Source: the human T2T-CHM13v2.0 reference genome, Homo sapiens
DNA: 64,000 nucleotides
NCBI RefSeq assembly: GCF_009914755.1
Contig: NC_060931.1
Strand: one strand, 5' to 3'
A program made the translations under genes and the position numbers. Numbering within the stretch: position 1 is the stretch's first letter; every line of letters begins with the position of its first letter. Below are positions 44,108 to 59,548 of the stretch, in pieces. The notes under the pieces were generated by a model that was not told the origin of the DNA, searched no databases, and saw only the letters and a program-made list of their open reading frames with translations.

Positions 44108-45736
44108 CTAATACCTCATCAGAGTTGCTGCCCTGATGGCATCTGCAGAAGGGCCTCAGGAATAATGCATGTGAGGGCGCACGATCCGCAGTGCCTGCAG
44201 CCTTCCTGGGGGAGGCCTGGCCTGGAAAGCCTCCTCCGATTACAGCTGATAGGCAAGTGGAGCCCTAGATACCATGCTGGGGACAGACACTGCAGCACTC
44301 GTGGGCACTGGCCTAGATTCTTTGCACCTGGCTCTTGGGACCTGCCACCTGCCCACCCACACACCTGAGAGCACCTGTCCAGGTGCAGACCATGGGGAGC
44401 AAGAAGCTGACATCCAGGGCCACTCTGCCGCGTGAAGGTGCTCAGGGTGGAGGAGGAGACTGAGGGCTTTAGCCAGTTCTGGGGGATCCTTCAGGCTCCT
44501 TGCCCATAGTGGATAGGACTGAGAGTGTGTAGGGGCACTCGTCTTGTCAGAAGTTACTTGGACCCAAAATGCAGGTGTGTTTAGTGTCTGGGACTGTTTT
44601 GAAGCCCATCCTTCTGTTTAGGAAAGTGCCGTGGCACTGCCTGGGACACAGGTGTGGAGGGGAGCCAAGGGCAGGGCCACACTCTGAGCAGGTTGCCATG
44701 GAGACATGAGGGTGCATCAGGGGGCCCAGCGGGGGCCACGAGGGTGCGTCGGGGAGGGAGGAGGGCATTGAGGCTGAGAAGGGCCAGCATAGCACAGGCA
44801 GGTGCAGTTGCTTTCCCAGGCTGGGCCTGAGCGTGTGCCCCATGGGGCCAGGCAGCATAGGTGGTGGGTGGAGCCTGAGGACAGGAGAAACTTGGCAGGG
44901 GGTTACTCCTTACTCCAACCTAAGAGTTTGCGCTTAGCTTGGGCTGGAGATGCAGAGGGAAGGCCTCAGGGGTGCCTGTCTCCTTCACACCCAGGACGAA
45001 GTCCCCAAGCCTGGCCTGGCCCACAGGCCTGTAGCACCTGGCCAGTCTGGCCTGGTATCTGGCTTCCCTGTCTCCATTCCAGCTCTCTGTCCTGGATTCT
45101 GGGCTGGTTGTGTGGCCTCTGCTGGAGCCTCCTGGCCCCCATGGTGGCTGCCTACTGTATCACCTTGCGCCTTGCCTATGTCTGGTGCCCGAGGCTGATG
45201 TCCACACAGGCCTGCGTGCCATCTGTCTGCATAATCCACTGGGGTGGAGCCCGGCTCTGTGGTCACTGTGTGTCCTCAGCATCCAGAATAGCCAATACAT
45301 GTAGCAGGGGCGGAAGGAAACAGCAGGACAGCCAGAGGTCTTGGTCCTGGGGCTCCTTCCTGCCCAGAGGCTGCCCTGGCCACATCCTTAGCGGCCACCG
45401 GGGGTGAATGGAGAGGTCAGGGGTGTTGGGGGCTGGGATCCAGTTTCAGTTCCAGCATTCAGGGTGGACAGCGCTGGGCCCAGAAGACTTCAGAGGACCA
45501 GAGGAAGAGGTGGAGACAGCTGGTAGAGCTATGATCTATGACTAGTGCCCTACCTGGGGTGAGCCGTTCACCCTAGAGGGGCTCAGGACTGTCAGGGCCA
45601 GCTCAGGGCTCCCATAGCACTACCTTTCATTGGAGGAGGGGCCCAAGTAGGGTCTTGGCCAGGGACCGGGCTTGAGTCTGTATTTTGGCGCAGGAGGTCG
45701 GCAGGATTCCAGCTAAAGCACCCAGCTGCACTTGAA

Positions 45737-48108
45737 GCAGTTTGTCCTGTTTTTCTTTTATTTGCAGTTTCCCGAGACAGAACAAAATAAGAATAATTTT
45801 TGTACACTTACAAGGCTCAGAAAGAAAAGACAATGAAACTCAGCAAAAAGAGAGAGGAGGGGAGGCCAGCCAGCACCGTGGGCAGCCGACCCCTTGCAGC
45901 GCTGGCCAGCGGCCGCCACCACCACACCGCGGACACCTAGCTAGCAGACCGGTGTGGCTTGCTCTTTAGGGGTCATGCAAAAGAATTATCCCCCAGAAAA
46001 AAAATCCCCAAATTATCCCAGACAGGCAGCTCCGTGGAGGTGACAAGGTGAGAGGGAGAGGAGGGGAGGAGGCCCCAGGACGCCAGGGTGGCCGGCTGCT
46101 GGGCCACGTGCTGTCCGTGGTGAGCCCTGCCGCTGTCCCATGGCCCAGGGAGCCACTGGTGCGGAGCCCGGCAGATGTTTACCCTGTGTTCATGGATGGG
46201 GACAGCTGTCCTGGGCACAGCGTGGACGGAAGATGGTGTCCACTCTGAGTGTTCATCGGTGGACAGTCCCCTTGGAGTTTAGGATCCTGTGTCCTGTTCC
46301 CCATTCTGTGCCCCTCCCTTGGCTTGATTTGTAGGGGAAGATAAAGAAAATCCTTGTTGAAAACAATGTGAATTGAAAGTGGGCAGGCACTGGGGCAGGA
46401 GCCCCTGACCCTCTGCAGTCAGGGCTTGTGACCACCCCCACCCAACCTGGCTTCAGACCCACCCTGCAGCCCCACCATGCTCGGGCTTGCCCTGTCCCCG
46501 AGCTCCCCCATGGTACACACCATCACAAGGGGCCGGGGACCCACCGCCTCGAACCCAGGCAGCCGACGCTCAGGAGCACAGGGCTAGACCCTGCCCTCCA
46601 TCCGCTGGTGTCCTGGGCCCTGTGCCCACCTGTTTCTGTCCCCAGCCCGCCTTATCTCCATAGCTGCATCCCTGGCCCACCTAGAAGGTGCCCTCACACG
46701 CACTGCAGCCCGCCAAGGCACTGGCACACCTGACACTGCACGGGCAGCACTGCCCTCACGCCTCCCATGTGCCCTAGGCTGGCTCCCACTGTAGCTTTTG
46801 CTCCCTTCTGCTCCCGGCCCAGATTCCAAAGGCACTCCCACTTCAGTAAACCCCTGCACAGACCCTTGTCTCAGCCCAGAAGCTGGGCAGCCACCACCTC
46901 TGATCCCGCTCTGCCACTAGCTGCACCACCCGACCAAACCCCAAGCCCCAGGCTTCCCCAAACCCCATCAGCAGACGAATATGCCCAGACACAAAGCCTG
47001 GCCTCCCCTCCCAGCTTCAGCTGGGGGCTCAGGGACTTGAGCGAGGCCCGCAGTCCTTTGTCAAAAGTCTGCTCCCCCTTGCGGGCTGCAGAGAAGCCGA
47101 ACAGGCTGGGGGAGGGCCGAGGGGCGGAAACAGGGTTGGGAGCTGCCAGTGCATCTGCTGCTGGCCAGCAGAGAAGGGACAGACACCTCACACAGGAGGG
47201 GGGCCAGCCCAGGCAGAGTCCTCTTGCCACAGCTGGCTGTGTTGGAGCTGTAGCCAGCAGTGCTGTCTCTTGCTCGGCGAGAGGCCCAAAACTAAGCTGT
47301 GCCCCTCTTTGCACTTTACTCCCCCAGAAGGACCAGAGCTGGAGCCCTGGGTGTGTAGGGGCATCTCTGAAGGCCTTGGGGACGGGACTCCAGTTTCAAT
47401 ACTCCAGGGGGTGAGGGGCCGGCCTGGGCTCTGCCGAAGGGTTGTCCGTGCTGGGTGTGTGGGGATACCGGGCACGGAAAACCCACACCTAGCCCTTCAG
47501 GGGATGAAAGGAAGGGAAGGGAAAGCAGGAACAACAGCAACTCTCAGGCACAACTAGCGGGAAAGGAGGCAGCCCAGCGGGCCCCCACAGCCCCTCCCAA
47601 GAGACAGCTGACAGTCACGACAGCCAGCGAGCACACCACGTGGAGCCCATGCGTTGGCAGGAGGATGCAGACACCTTAGGTGTGGGGTGTGTGCGTTACC
47701 TACAAACTAACACCGTTCAGCACGCGACGGGGGCCTGGCAGACAAGTTCATGTCCCAGCTGGTCCCCCAGAGGCCAGGAGCACAGACGGACACACGTGGA
47801 GCTTGGGTGGGGAGTGGCCCCACGAATGCCAGTGATTTTTACAGCTTTTTCCTTCCTTTAGTTTTTTTTGTTTTTTTTTTTTTTCATTTCATCTGATGTC
47901 AATTTTTTTTGTGGTTGTCGTCGTCATCTTGTTTTTTTTTTTTTTTTTTTGTTTTTTTTTAACAAATCACATCTGGTCTTGTTTTTCTGCAGACACAGGC
48001 ACCAGGGGAGGGAACGAGGCAGACACAAACATGCGACAGGCAGGCCGTGTGCCCGAGGGCAGTCGGGCTCCAAACACCAACTCTGTCCGGCGAAACCAGG
48101 GCGCAGCT
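45737..48108 (-). other. CAMK2B: CAMK2B terminal non-coding exon (3'UTR)
   Basis: Acceptor CCCATTTCAG|AGCTGCG at 48109-48110; 3' end approximate. Confidence 0.75.
45757..45762 (-). terminator. CAMK2B: CAMK2B polyadenylation signal AATAAA
   Basis: TTTATT on plus; TGTA ~40 nt upstream on the minus strand. Confidence 0.8.
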
Positions 48109-48649
48109 CTGAAATGGGGCGGGTGGGTCAGCTCCTCAGCAGCCCCCTCTCCCATCCACCCCCAGGCTCTGCTGTCTGCCATGCGGCACTGCAGAGAGGG
48201 TTAAAGTCCAGAAAAGGGCCCACTCGGGAGAGAGGTTCAAGGTGCCCAACCCAATTACTACTATCCCTGTAAAACTGGGCTCTGGGCCCGCTGCACCCAC
48301 CACCTGGGGAACGCCCATCTGGGGCTCTAACAGTCCTCACAAACAGGGCATGGTGCCCAGGACTGTGCTGCCCGGGGCCCATCCACCTGCAACCCACCCA
48401 GCTCTGGCCAGTGTGGACTGCTCAGGCCCTCACCAGCTCCCCAGTCCTCTGGGGAGGCCTGCCACACCCAGCCTGCCGTGGTCCCTAATTTGACATCATT
48501 CCTGTGGCCTCACCAGGAAAGCTCAGGGACTTCCCAGGCATGGGCTCTGCCACAGGCCCCACCGCTCCCCATCGCCTCCCCAGGCTGCAGCCACTCACAC
48601 CACCGCCACCCCTCTGCCCCAGCTGTCACTTAGCACAGAACACTCACCT

Positions 48650-48955
<306 letters not shown>

Positions 48956-49198
48956 CTAATCCTTTCCCTCTCTCAACTCCCCTTATTGGGGAGGCTCGGC
49001 TCTCCTGGGAGCAGCATGGGCCCCTCCAAGAGTGGGATTCTGGGGGCTGGGTATGGCCTCTGGCGGGGGAGAGGTGGCTGGCCAACCCTGGGCACAGAGG
49101 GGACAGGGCTTCCATAGGCAGCCACCATGCTGTCCCTGGGAGGGGCCGAGAGGCTCTCCTGGGGGCACCGCCCCCTCATGCCCACCCGGGCTTCCTCA

Positions 49199-49702
<504 letters not shown>

Positions 49703-51030
49703 CTAAAGTATTTTTGAAGAACAGAAATATTCTATCCACATTACAAAATGCCTGGAAAATGCAGAAAGAGGACAAAAAACCCACCCACAATCCACTTGGA
49801 GGTCACCTCCTGGCCCCACGTGCTGTCCGCCACAGTCTCCCTCCTGCCCTCCCGTGAGCCAGCCCCTGGGCCCACCAGGCCTGGCCCTGCGCTTCCCTGC
49901 AGCTTCCCGGCCCCACTCTCCTCCCGAGCCTTGGGTTCTTAGTGCTTCCTTCACCCAGCAGCTCTGGTGAGGGGGCTACTGAGTGCAGGCACCAGGCGAG
50001 AAGGCAGAGACCTGCCTCAGAGAAGGAGCCGTCAGCAAGGCCACCCGGAGGCCGGGGAGGAGGAAGCAGCAGGGGGCGGCCACGTGCGGCGCAGGCTGCA
50101 GGGTTCCCCGGAGCGATGACCAGGGCTGTCCCCGCAGCAGGAAGAACGAGCGTGGTCTCTTGTTCCCCGCTTTTCTCATAGGAGCCGCATCCGGCTGGCT
50201 CCACCTGCTTGCAGTCCGGGGCCCACATGCTACCCCTGCAGACATCCCTGTTGCCCCGCACCCCCATGCCCGGGCTACTCCCGGGCGCCTGCCTGCAGCT
50301 CCTGCCCGCCCCCCTTGGATTCCAACAGGCCACCCAGCCATGCTGGTCCTCACTGGCCTCCGGGGCGCTCACTGGCAGCCTGCATTGCTGCTTTAACTAC
50401 AGCTTATTTTCATTGCAAAAGATTTTAAACGTATGGAAGATGTGGAGAGAATAATAGAACCCACACTCTACGGATTCAAATCTTAACATTTTCCTATTTG
50501 CTTTAGACGCATTTTTAAAGAAATAAAGCACCGCACATGTAGTTTGAAGATGCCTGTGTTCTCCTCAATCTTGCCGCATTCACTCTCCTCAGGCAGAACT
50601 ACTGTCCTGAGTGAGGTCCCTAGCCGTATCTGCGAGGATATATACGCAGGCACGCACATACATGCACACTCACACACAGAACACACATGCACACGCACGC
50701 TCACCTATACACACGAGTAACAGTGGTTTCTCAAAGTAATTCGTCCGTGGAAAAAACTCAAACCCCCAGAAGTGCACCGGAAGCAGGTTCCTGGGAACTC
50801 TCCCTGTGGGGGAAGTCTCTGCACTCCCAGCACTGCGCTCTGTGACCCTCAGGCTGCTGCAGGCCGCACCTGGGACACCTGCCCTCAAACAGCTGCCCGC
50901 CCTGCAGGACACCATTTTCACCAGAAGGCAGGCCCTGTGGTGACGTTTCCACTCTTTGCTGTGAGTGCTGCCTCCAACGGCCACATACATGCAACCTGTC
51001 TGTGGTCTAAATTCCCAGAGGAGGGAATTC

Positions 51031-51331
51031 TTTTTTTTTTTTAGATGGAGTCTCACTCTGTCACCCGGGCTGGAGTGCAGTGACATGATCTCGGCTCACT
51101 GCAGTCTCTGACTCCCAGGTTCAAGCGATTCTCCTGCCTCAGCCTCCCGAGTAGCTGGAACTACAGGTGCACACCACCACACCCAGCTAATTTTTGTGTG
51201 TGTATATTTTTAGTGGAGATGAGGTTTCACCATATTGGCCAGGCTGGTCTCAAACTCCTAACCTCAAGTGATCTGCCCACCTCGGCCTCCCAAAGTGCTG
51301 GGATTACAGGTATGAGCCACTGTGCCCAGCC
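51031..51331 (-). mobile_element. Alu in CAMK2B intron
   Basis: TSD AGA(G/A)GAGGGAATTCT at 51017-51031 and 51332-51346. Confidence 0.92.
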
Positions 51332-54300
51332 AGAAGAGGGAATTCTCAGCACGCCTGGTGGTGGGGTTGCCTTTATCTCTCTCGCCAGACCTCTGGGAGC
51401 TCACACCACCAGGGAGCCCACCTGGCAGGTGGACTGAGTCCACAAAGGAGGCGCCACATGCCCGGGTGTGCTCATGCATGTGTGTGGGGCACTGCCTGGG
51501 AACGCCTGTGCTGCACCTGTCTGCTCTGGGGCCTCATGTCCCCTGCTGCACAGTGACAGCAGGAGGAGCCCGATGGCACCTGAGGAGTGGGGTGCACACA
51601 TGTTCATGTATGTGATCACATGCATGTGTGTACACGTGATTGTGCATTCATGTGCATGTATGGAAACATGCACATAAGCAGGACGGCATGTGAATGTGTG
51701 TAGATGAAGCTCATACATATGCATGAGCACCTGTGCATGTGTGTGTGCAGTGCCTATGAGCGTGCACGTGTCGTGTGTGCCTGTGTTGTGTGGCGTGGGC
51801 ACATGTGCACTCTTGGGTTGTCCCTATCTGGAAAGGCCCTTGCTCCTGACCCAGCTGTACTTCTGCTGCCAGCTTGTCTCCCTTTCTTTCCTAACTTTCA
51901 TCTAGACCATGTCATGGATGGTCCTCAGGGCAGTCTTGCTACACAAGCCCAGTTCCCACCCACCTGGTGGACCCCGGAAAGCTGGCCTCTAGGAAGGTAG
52001 GCTGCAGGATCCAGAAGCCCCTTCCCCTCCAGTTCCTGCTGCAGCCACCACGAGTCCCATTCCTGCCCCATTCCACCTGCCGAGCTCTAGGAAGGCACAG
52101 GGCTCTGTCCCAACACATGCTGTGGCTGTTCCTGTCCTTGCCCCTGGGCCCCAGGAAAGTAGCATATGACACTTGAGGGCCCGCCCCCGCCCCAGCTGCT
52201 ATGTTCCTGCCTCCTCTCCACCCTCTGCCTGGCACCTGCCTCTCCCCTGCCTCATGCCTCCACTTTCACCTGTCCTTTCCTGGAGGTGGCCCCAAGCTTC
52301 AGGTCTGACCTCTCTTCCACCTGTAGCCAGTCCTTCCAGCAGCCCCCAAGCCAGCCCCCACTAGGCTGCCTGGCTCTGCCCTCCTTGCATCAAGAGAGAA
52401 GTCTGGTGTCCACATGTCCCAAACACCTCCTGTCACTTAGTTAACCTCCCTTTCTAATGTACAGAGACAGCTGCCCCTCCCACTCCACAGGGGTTCTCAG
52501 GCGCACAGCAGCAGGCAGCTGGAATGGAGAAGAGAATGACATTATGTCATTTGGTTTCCAGTCTGCTTTGGTTCTATAGTCACCTTACACTAATGGTAAG
52601 TGAAACTAATCTTCTGTTTAATGAAGTAATATGCAGTGCTTTTAAACAAATTGTAATTAAAATGGGAGTTGATGGGAAGAGAAAGCGTGAAGTAAACAGA
52701 AGAGGAGATGCATGGTCAGAGTTCCAATCAAGAGTGGTAACCGTGCTGAAGTACGGGAAGCAGGTCCGTTGTGAGACCCACCCACCCATTCCACAGATGG
52801 GAAGCCTAGGCTGCCCCTGCCCTGCGGAATGGCGCTGCCCAGACCCCAGCTCAACCCAGCCCCCACTCTGCCTCCCCACATAGCACATGGGAGCTTTTGT
52901 GTCCTTGATATCCAGGCCCCTGAAGAAGGGCATGATCCCTGATGGAGGGAAAGGAGGGGGGCCCAACATGAAGAGGTGCCCGGGTCGGGAAACCTGCTGG
53001 CTGAGGACAAGCTGTCCTGGCAGTTCCAGAGACAAAGGGGAGGTGGTGGGCAGGGCCTGGGCTTGGAGGGGTCTGCACGAGCCAAGAGCCTCTGCAAGTC
53101 AGGCCTTCCAGGTGCCCTGACATGAACAGGAGCCTTTGCATTGCCTGTGGCTCTCTTGGGGTGAGGCAACAGGTCCAGGCAGGCCTAATGCGTCCAGGTG
53201 GGGTCAGAGCAGGTTCTCATCCTGGCCTGGACTCCTGGGACCCCAGGCTGGCCCCAAGCCCATCTCTCAGAGCCAGAGGTGGCTGCGGGAGGGAGGGCAG
53301 CTGCCCAGGGATCAGGCTGGATTGTGTATAATCCGCGATTAGAGAGCGTGGGTGGGGAGGAGACGGGGCCTGAGGCGGGCCGTGGGCACCTGCCCTATTT
53401 ACACAGCTGGTGGGTGCCTTCTGGAGAAAGGAGGTGGAAAGGAGGCAGAAAGCTGGCCACCTGCCACCTGGGCCCAGGTGCCCCCAGGGCAGTACCCAGA
53501 CTCTTCCTTTCCCTGAGTTCCGGAACATCTCACCCACCCCTTTCCCAGCCCTGCCCAGCCCCTCCCAGGAGGGCCACACGAATCTCCATCCTGCCCTGCT
53601 CACAGCTCCTTCCTGCAGCCCCCTCCTCCCCAGCCAAGCTCAGGGAAGACTCTGGAAGGGCAGGTCTGTGCTGTGGCCCCTGAAGGTGAGCCTGGACACC
53701 GAGCCCCGAGCTGGCCACTCCACACCCACCCTGGGCCCTGTCCTCAGAGGACTCACCCCAGATACTGCACAGACCTTGAGGGCAGGCTGCAGTCCTGGGC
53801 TGGGGTCATGCCAACCTGATGGGGTGACCTTCCAGGCAGGCTCCTTTGGGCACACCCCTCCACTTCTGCAAGGGCAGCAAGCCCCTTAAAATCAGATGAG
53901 CTGCTGTAGAAGTGGCAGGTGTCGGGGGTTCTGACCACTCCCAGAGGCTCTGCGGTGCACCCACCCCAGCTGCACGGCGGCCCCTCCCCATGCCTCCCTC
54001 CTTGAGTTCTGGTCGCCCAGGCACCCCGACCCTATCAGCATCAAGAACCTGGCCTCTCCCCTCAGCTGCTTGCCTCTGATCCCCTCAGTCAACCCCTGCT
54101 GGGGGTCCTCAGCCGACCACAGAAGCTCTGGGGGTGAGTACCCCTCCAGGGGCTGCCCCCTGCTCTCTCGGGCACCCAGGGTGGATCCAGTGCCCCTTTG
54201 AGCCTGCAGCCTGCATCCCCCTCCTCGAGCCGCTGCTCCTGTGGGTTCACTCTCCCCACACCCTTCTGCCCTGGCCGCCTGCAGCAGCCCCCAGGCCCAG

Positions 54301-55105
54301 CCTGCAGAGGGGACGGTGGCAAGCAGACCCCACCTGTCCCTCAAGTACTTACCTAGCCACTGCCCTGCCATGCCGAGCCCGTGGCCCAGCAGCCTCTTCT
54401 CTAAGAGTATCTCCACACCACCCCCAGTCTGGTGTCTCCCCACAGGTGGGGGTGGCAGCAGCCCTGGGATGTCATCCATCCCTGTAAGTGATACTGCGGG
54501 TAGTCGGCAGACAGACCGGGAGGTGGCCCAGCCTGGCTCCTCCCTGGCCGGGGAGGCTGCCCAGCCTGTGCTTCCTGTCCCGCCCGCTCTGTTTCAGCCT
54601 GGCCCCAGCTGCCCCCCAGATCCGCGCCTCCCGATCCCCACCTGCTCCCTGCTGTCTGGACTTGGACAGCTCTAATGCTAGAGCGTCTCAGGCCGGGACT
54701 GACACTTTTCTGTCCCGGCCCAGCAGGTCCACCTTGACCCAAGCCAGCAGCTCCTGGCGTGCTAGCCCTTGCCACACGCGCAGACCCTTTGCCACCCATT
54801 CCCCTCCCATCAGGAGAAAGCTGTGGACCTCAGGGTTGCGAATGCTGGGGTCGGCAACAAACCTGCTCTTTCGGACGCTCTTCCTATACACATATGTCAT
54901 ACACACTTCATAACCATAACCTCCATTTTCTGAGACCCAGTGGCACCTTCATGTGCTTCAAAGCAATTCCCTGGGACCCAGCAGAGGGATCCTGTGCCCC
55001 GCCCTCCTCCGCAAGAATGGCCCTTCCCAGAGCACCACTGCCAGGCTCGCACGCCCCGAGCCCCTCCGGGCAGCCGCTGCCACGGCCACTCAAGGTGCTA
55101 CTTAC

Positions 55106-55234
55106 ATGGGGTGGGCAGGGGGCCAGGGATAGTCGGAGATGGGCAGGGCGGGGGCCCCACTGGCGAGGGGCCCTCGGCTTCTGGGGTCCCTGAGCCCCTC
55201 CTCACAGAGTTCAGGATGTCAGAGATCCTGGGGG
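55106..55234 (-). CDS. CAMK2B: CAMK2B betaM proline-rich exon, third copy
   Basis: [42 protein letters not shown]; 129 nt; donor GTAAGT. Confidence 0.93.
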
Positions 55235-55325
55235 CTGGGGCGGAACAGACGAGACGTGAACACAAGGCAGGCACGGGGGGCACGCAGGAGAGAAACCATG
55301 GGCAGACAGCCAAGCCAGAGATTGA

Positions 55326-56475
55326 GGGGCACAGAGGCAGATGTGGGGGATGGGGCACAAGGGGACAGAGGGGAGGAAGGGAGAATGGGGGGGTGTGGGG
55401 GGAAGATGGTGGACCTGGGCCGACAGAGGGGATATAGGGGAAAGAAGGGGATGTGGGGGATGGAGGGGAGCTTGGGGGACAGAGAGGGAAACGGGAAATG
55501 GAGGAGACGTGGGAGACAGAAGGGAACGTGGGGGACAGAGGGGCATGTGGGGGGACAAAGTGGGGGTGTAGGGGATGGGGGGCATGAGGGGACCAAGGTG
55601 GGTGTGGGGGACAGAGGGGGGTGTGGAAGACAGAGGGGGTGTGGGGGACAGAAGGGGTCATGGGGGATGGGGGTGCGTGAGGGGACCAAGGTGGATGTGG
55701 GGGACAGAGGGAGTGTGGAGGACAGAGGGGGATGTGGGGGACAGAGAGAGGTGCAGGGGACAGAGGAGGGTGCAGGGGACAGAGGAGGGTGCAGGGGACA
55801 GAGGGGGATGTGGGGGACAGAGGGGAAGTGGAAGACAGAGGGGGTGTGGGGGACAGAAGGTGGTGTGGGGAACAGAGGGGGAGGTGGGGGACAGAGGAGA
55901 GTATGGGGGACAGAGGGGGTGTGGGGGACAGAAGGGGGTGTGGAAGACAGGAGGTGTGGGGGACAGACGGAGTGTGGGGGACAGAGGGAGAGTCTGGGGG
56001 ACAGAGGGGGTGTGGGGGACAGGAGGGGGTGTGGAAGACAGAGGAAGTGTGGGGGACAGAAGGGGGTATGGGGGGCAGGGGGTGGAGGACAGAGGAGGGT
56101 GTGGGGGACAGAGGGGGATATGGGGGACAGAGGGAGTGTAGGGGACAGAGGAGGGTCTGGGGGGCAGAGGGAGAGTGTGGGGGACAGGGGGTGTGGGGGA
56201 CAGAGGGAGTGTGGGGGACAGAGGAGGGTCTGGGGGACAGAGGGAGAGTCTGGGGGACAGAGGGGGTGTGGGGGACAGAGGAGGGTGTGGGGGACAGAGG
56301 GAGAATGTGAGGGGCAGAGCAGAGTTTGGGGAGGAAAATGGAAATGAGGGAAAGAGGGGAATTTGGGGGACAGAGGGGGATGTAGGGATAGAGCGTGGAC
56401 TTAGGGGGACGTGGAGAGGTTGTAGGCTGACCGAGGGGGATATGGGGGGACGGAGGGAGACAGGGGGACAGAGGG
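55326..56475. repeat. ~1.15-kb G-rich minisatellite, unit ~18-21 bp, consensus near GGGGGACAGAGGGGGTGT
   Basis: Read directly; produces repetitive pseudo-ORFs in several frames. Confidence 0.95.
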
Positions 56476-57283
56476 TGCTGCTGCGGACAGCGTGGTGCGT
56501 GGAGAGGAGGCTGCAGGAGTGAAGGGCAGATGCTCTGGCTGTCGGGTGGCGTGGGCTGAAGCTGCTGGGGGCAGAGGGCACCCTCCAGGGAGAGGCTGCT
56601 GGCCAGCAAGAAGCTGTCAGGTAAGTGGCCCTTGAGGAACGCTGGACGGGGTTACAGGGAGAGGAGGGAGTCACGGGCGTTACAGAGGAGGCCTGGCCTG
56701 GCCCCATGAGGACAGCCCAGGTCAGCAGAGGCCAGGCTTATGATTCTCCGTACTATCCCCTTGTTGGTGAGCTCCAGAGACCCTGGTCGGGGTTCCAGTT
56801 TTGGCACCTTCCTCAGCCTCCTAGACTGAGGGAGGGTGCTCAGGGGTTGGGGCCACATCAGGAACCAGGGTGGCCCTGAGTGCAGCTCCTGGGCACCATG
56901 GGCAGGGCCCCTGGGTGGGTGTGAAGTCTGTGGGGCTGGGACAGTGATCAGCAGAGAGGGCCTAGGGGCATGGGGGGCCTCGGAGGGGCCAGGGCTGCCC
57001 AGGGCTGGGACAGACATTTTGGAGAGGGGCCTGGGGCTGGACAGCGAGCGGGGAGTGGCAGTGGGAGCAGGAGCCGTGGAGGGGTCTGGGCCCCTTAGGG
57101 AGAAGCCAGGAGCTGCCCTGCTGGTTAGCATGGGAGCCCACAGGAAGCCCCGCCAGGGCAGGACTCCAGGCTGCGGCGCCGGGGCAGGGTAGCTGGGCCG
57201 TGCATGCAGGTGGGAAGCTGCTGAGCGCCGGCCATTCGCAGGGAGCTGTCCGGCAGCAGAGGCGGCAGGCCTGGGGGCCACTA

Positions 57284-57790
<507 letters not shown>

Positions 57791-57875
57791 TCAGCCTGCC
57801 CTCGGCTCTGGAGTGGCCCCTCTAGGGGGTTGCCAGCCCTCCAACATGACCCCCACAGCAGCAGGACCCAGGCTA

Positions 57876-58271
<396 letters not shown>

Positions 58272-59499
58272 TCAGAGGCCACCCTGCCACCCTAGTGCTG
58301 TGACCACCCCTGGCCAGAGCCAGCAGAGGCCAGGCGCACGGAGAGGGAGTGACAGTCATCGTAGGGGCATGATGGCCACTGAGCCTGCCTGGACTCTGTA
58401 CCAGCCTCAGGGCAGGCTGGCAAGGCTTCTTTCTGCACGGGGTGGGGTGGGGGGTGTCTGCCTCCACCTCGAGAGGCTGCTCGGGCTCAGATCTGAGCCA
58501 CAGCTGCTGGCTTCTGGCTGTCTTCTCTTCTCCCCTGCAGGATCCAGGCTGGGCCCCCCTCCCAGGTCCCCTCCCTCACTGCTCAGCACCCCACTCGGCT
58601 GAGGGTGATGGAGAACCTCTGGACAGCCTTCATGCTGTTGCCTTTGGGGCCTGTTCCAGACTGCAGGGGAATCACACAAACACCCACTCTCCGGCATCCA
58701 GGGCCCAAAGTCCTGTGCTCATCTCTGCTCAGGGACAGTGTCATAGCTGGGTAGGCCGGGCAGGAGCAAGGCTATGCTTTGGACAGGTGAGAAGTTTTCT
58801 CCCCTAAACTGGCAGAGTGGCTGACCCTTTTTGGGCACCAGGGTAGCCCTGAGAACAGCATAAGGCTTATTAGGTGACCGTGTGAGCGATGAGGGTCAGG
58901 AGGCCCCATGTGGGTGGTCTGGAGGCGGCAGAATCCATGGAGCATGCCCCAGTGCCTGGTGCCCTGGGGGCCTCTTGGGGAACACACAAGACATTGGCCT
59001 GGGTGAGCAAGGGAGGGGGCCCTGGAATCTGTGGTGCAGAAACCCACCGCAGCAGGACACTCCTGGCTAAGCAAAGGCAAACACGGAAACACTCACCCAG
59101 CTGCCCGGCCACTTGGCAAGTGCATGCTGGACAGAAACGCAAGCTTAAGGAGCTTTAAGACAAGGACAGCATCTTGGAACAAATTCTACCCATGGGCCTG
59201 TTTCCCCGTGAGGGTCCTGGTGTGGAGAACCTGCCTCCATGCAAAGCCGTGGCTTCCTCACTTGGATGCGGTGACCGAGACTGCCCAGCTGTCGGTCATC
59301 TCTGCCATGCTTCTCCGCTCTGGGCAGGCCTGACACCCAGGCTTGGAGCAGGATTACAGCTACAGGGTCCCTGAGCCCCTCAACACATGCATAAACTAGG
59401 CGTCGCAGGAGAGTTGACCCTGCCCAAGTCCCACCCACCTCAAAGAGCAACCCAGCAATGCCAAGGCCGCTGGGGGGGCAAGGACTCAAGTGCAGGTAC

Positions 59500-59548
59500 C
59501 TTTAGCGTCTTCATCCTCTATGGTGGTATTGGCACTGTCAGAAGACTC
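59500..59548 (-). CDS. CAMK2B: CAMK2B linker exon ESSDSANTTIEDEDAK
   Basis: AG/GT; 49 nt. Confidence 0.95.

Noticed and set aside
46767-47414. 215-aa plus-strand ORF antisense to the CAMK2B 3'UTR
   Set aside because: GC-rich stop-poor sequence, non-ATG start, no recognisable domain.
55098-56707. 503-aa, 402-aa and 349-aa repetitive ORFs
   Set aside because: Open frames through the minisatellite; only 55106-55234 is a real exon with splice sites.
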